Made by a program: the position numbers and the translations under genes. DNA of 63,013 nucleotides, counting the filler, from Octopus bimaculoides (lineage: Eukaryota): the NCBI RefSeq assembly GCF_001194135.2. It is 8 parts of 8 records of this genome, joined end to end, with 100 filler letters (N's around TTAATTAATTAA, not from the genome) between each part and the next. Parts side by side here need not be neighbours in the genome. Positions count along the whole stretch, not along the records: positions 61,540 to 63,013 come from NC_069001.1; 7 more parts are not named here. The stretch is one strand, 5' to 3'. Below are positions 62,565 to 63,013 of this stretch, one piece after another. Position 1 is the stretch's first letter. Each line of letters starts with the position of its first letter. The notes beneath the pieces are model-generated. The model was not told the origin of the DNA and did not search any database. It saw only the letters and a program-made list of their open reading frames with translations.

Positions 62565-62645
62565 ACTGCAGAAGTACAGTGGATTGGCAGATTCTGTAGA
62601 ACTGCAGAAGTACAGTGGATTGGCAGATTCTGTAGAACTGCAGAA
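62565..62645. repeat. 36-bp perfect tandem repeat x2.25
   Basis: actgcagaagtacagtggattggcagattctgtaga at 62565 and 62601, with a partial third unit. Confidence 0.9.
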
Positions 62646-63013
62646 CAAAGTGTCAGGCGTGCCTTTGATTACGTCGCCTTAAGATCTGAGTTCGATTTAT
62701 ACTTAAGTCAACTCTCATCGTTTCGGATGTTGATAACATAAGTGGATATATTTATGGAGGTAATAGCGATGTCATTAGTTCATAGCTTATACACGCAAAA
62801 CGAAGATGTGAGAGTGTGAGAGCTTGTGAGCAAACGTGTGTGTGCTTATGTATATATGCATGTATGTATGTATGTACGCATGTATGTACACACTCGCATA
62901 CAAATATACACAACACACACACACACATGTATATATATATACATATATAAATGTGTGTATATACATATAATAGATATTGGCAAGCAATTATATATATATA
63001 TATATATATATAT

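Overview
AT-rich, microsatellite-dense eukaryotic genomic DNA with many N-gaps. The repeat families, the KRAB-less C2H2 gene and the gap style point to a coleoid cephalopod, most likely Octopus (inference, not searched). Two host genes are visible. One is a minus-strand C2H2 zinc-finger gene with 12 fingers, cut by a gap (19023-20099). The other is the last coding exon of a cyclooxygenase/prostaglandin G/H synthase on the plus strand (51091-51530); I could not see its upstream exons. The rest is mostly transposon-derived: at least 8 minus-strand R4/Dong-type LINE pieces, most tied to (TAA)n tracts, RTE LINE pieces, a full-length dead mariner, a Tigger/pogo fragment, hAT MITEs, three or four tRNA-derived SINE families and Penelope-like remnants. 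The most unusual signal is five type I hammerhead-ribozyme-like folds read directly from the sequence. Four lie within 4.5 kb (42.9-47.4 kb), and three of those are sense to the COX gene. Also notable are 8 perfect CRE palindromes in 40982-46820, long near-perfect fold-backs (89-bp and 123-bp arms, and a GAA/TTC fold-back), and a 193-bp palindromic Mutator-like MITE with a 9-bp TSD and internal TTAGGG repeats. All calls come from reading the sequence by eye; no search or folding program was run.
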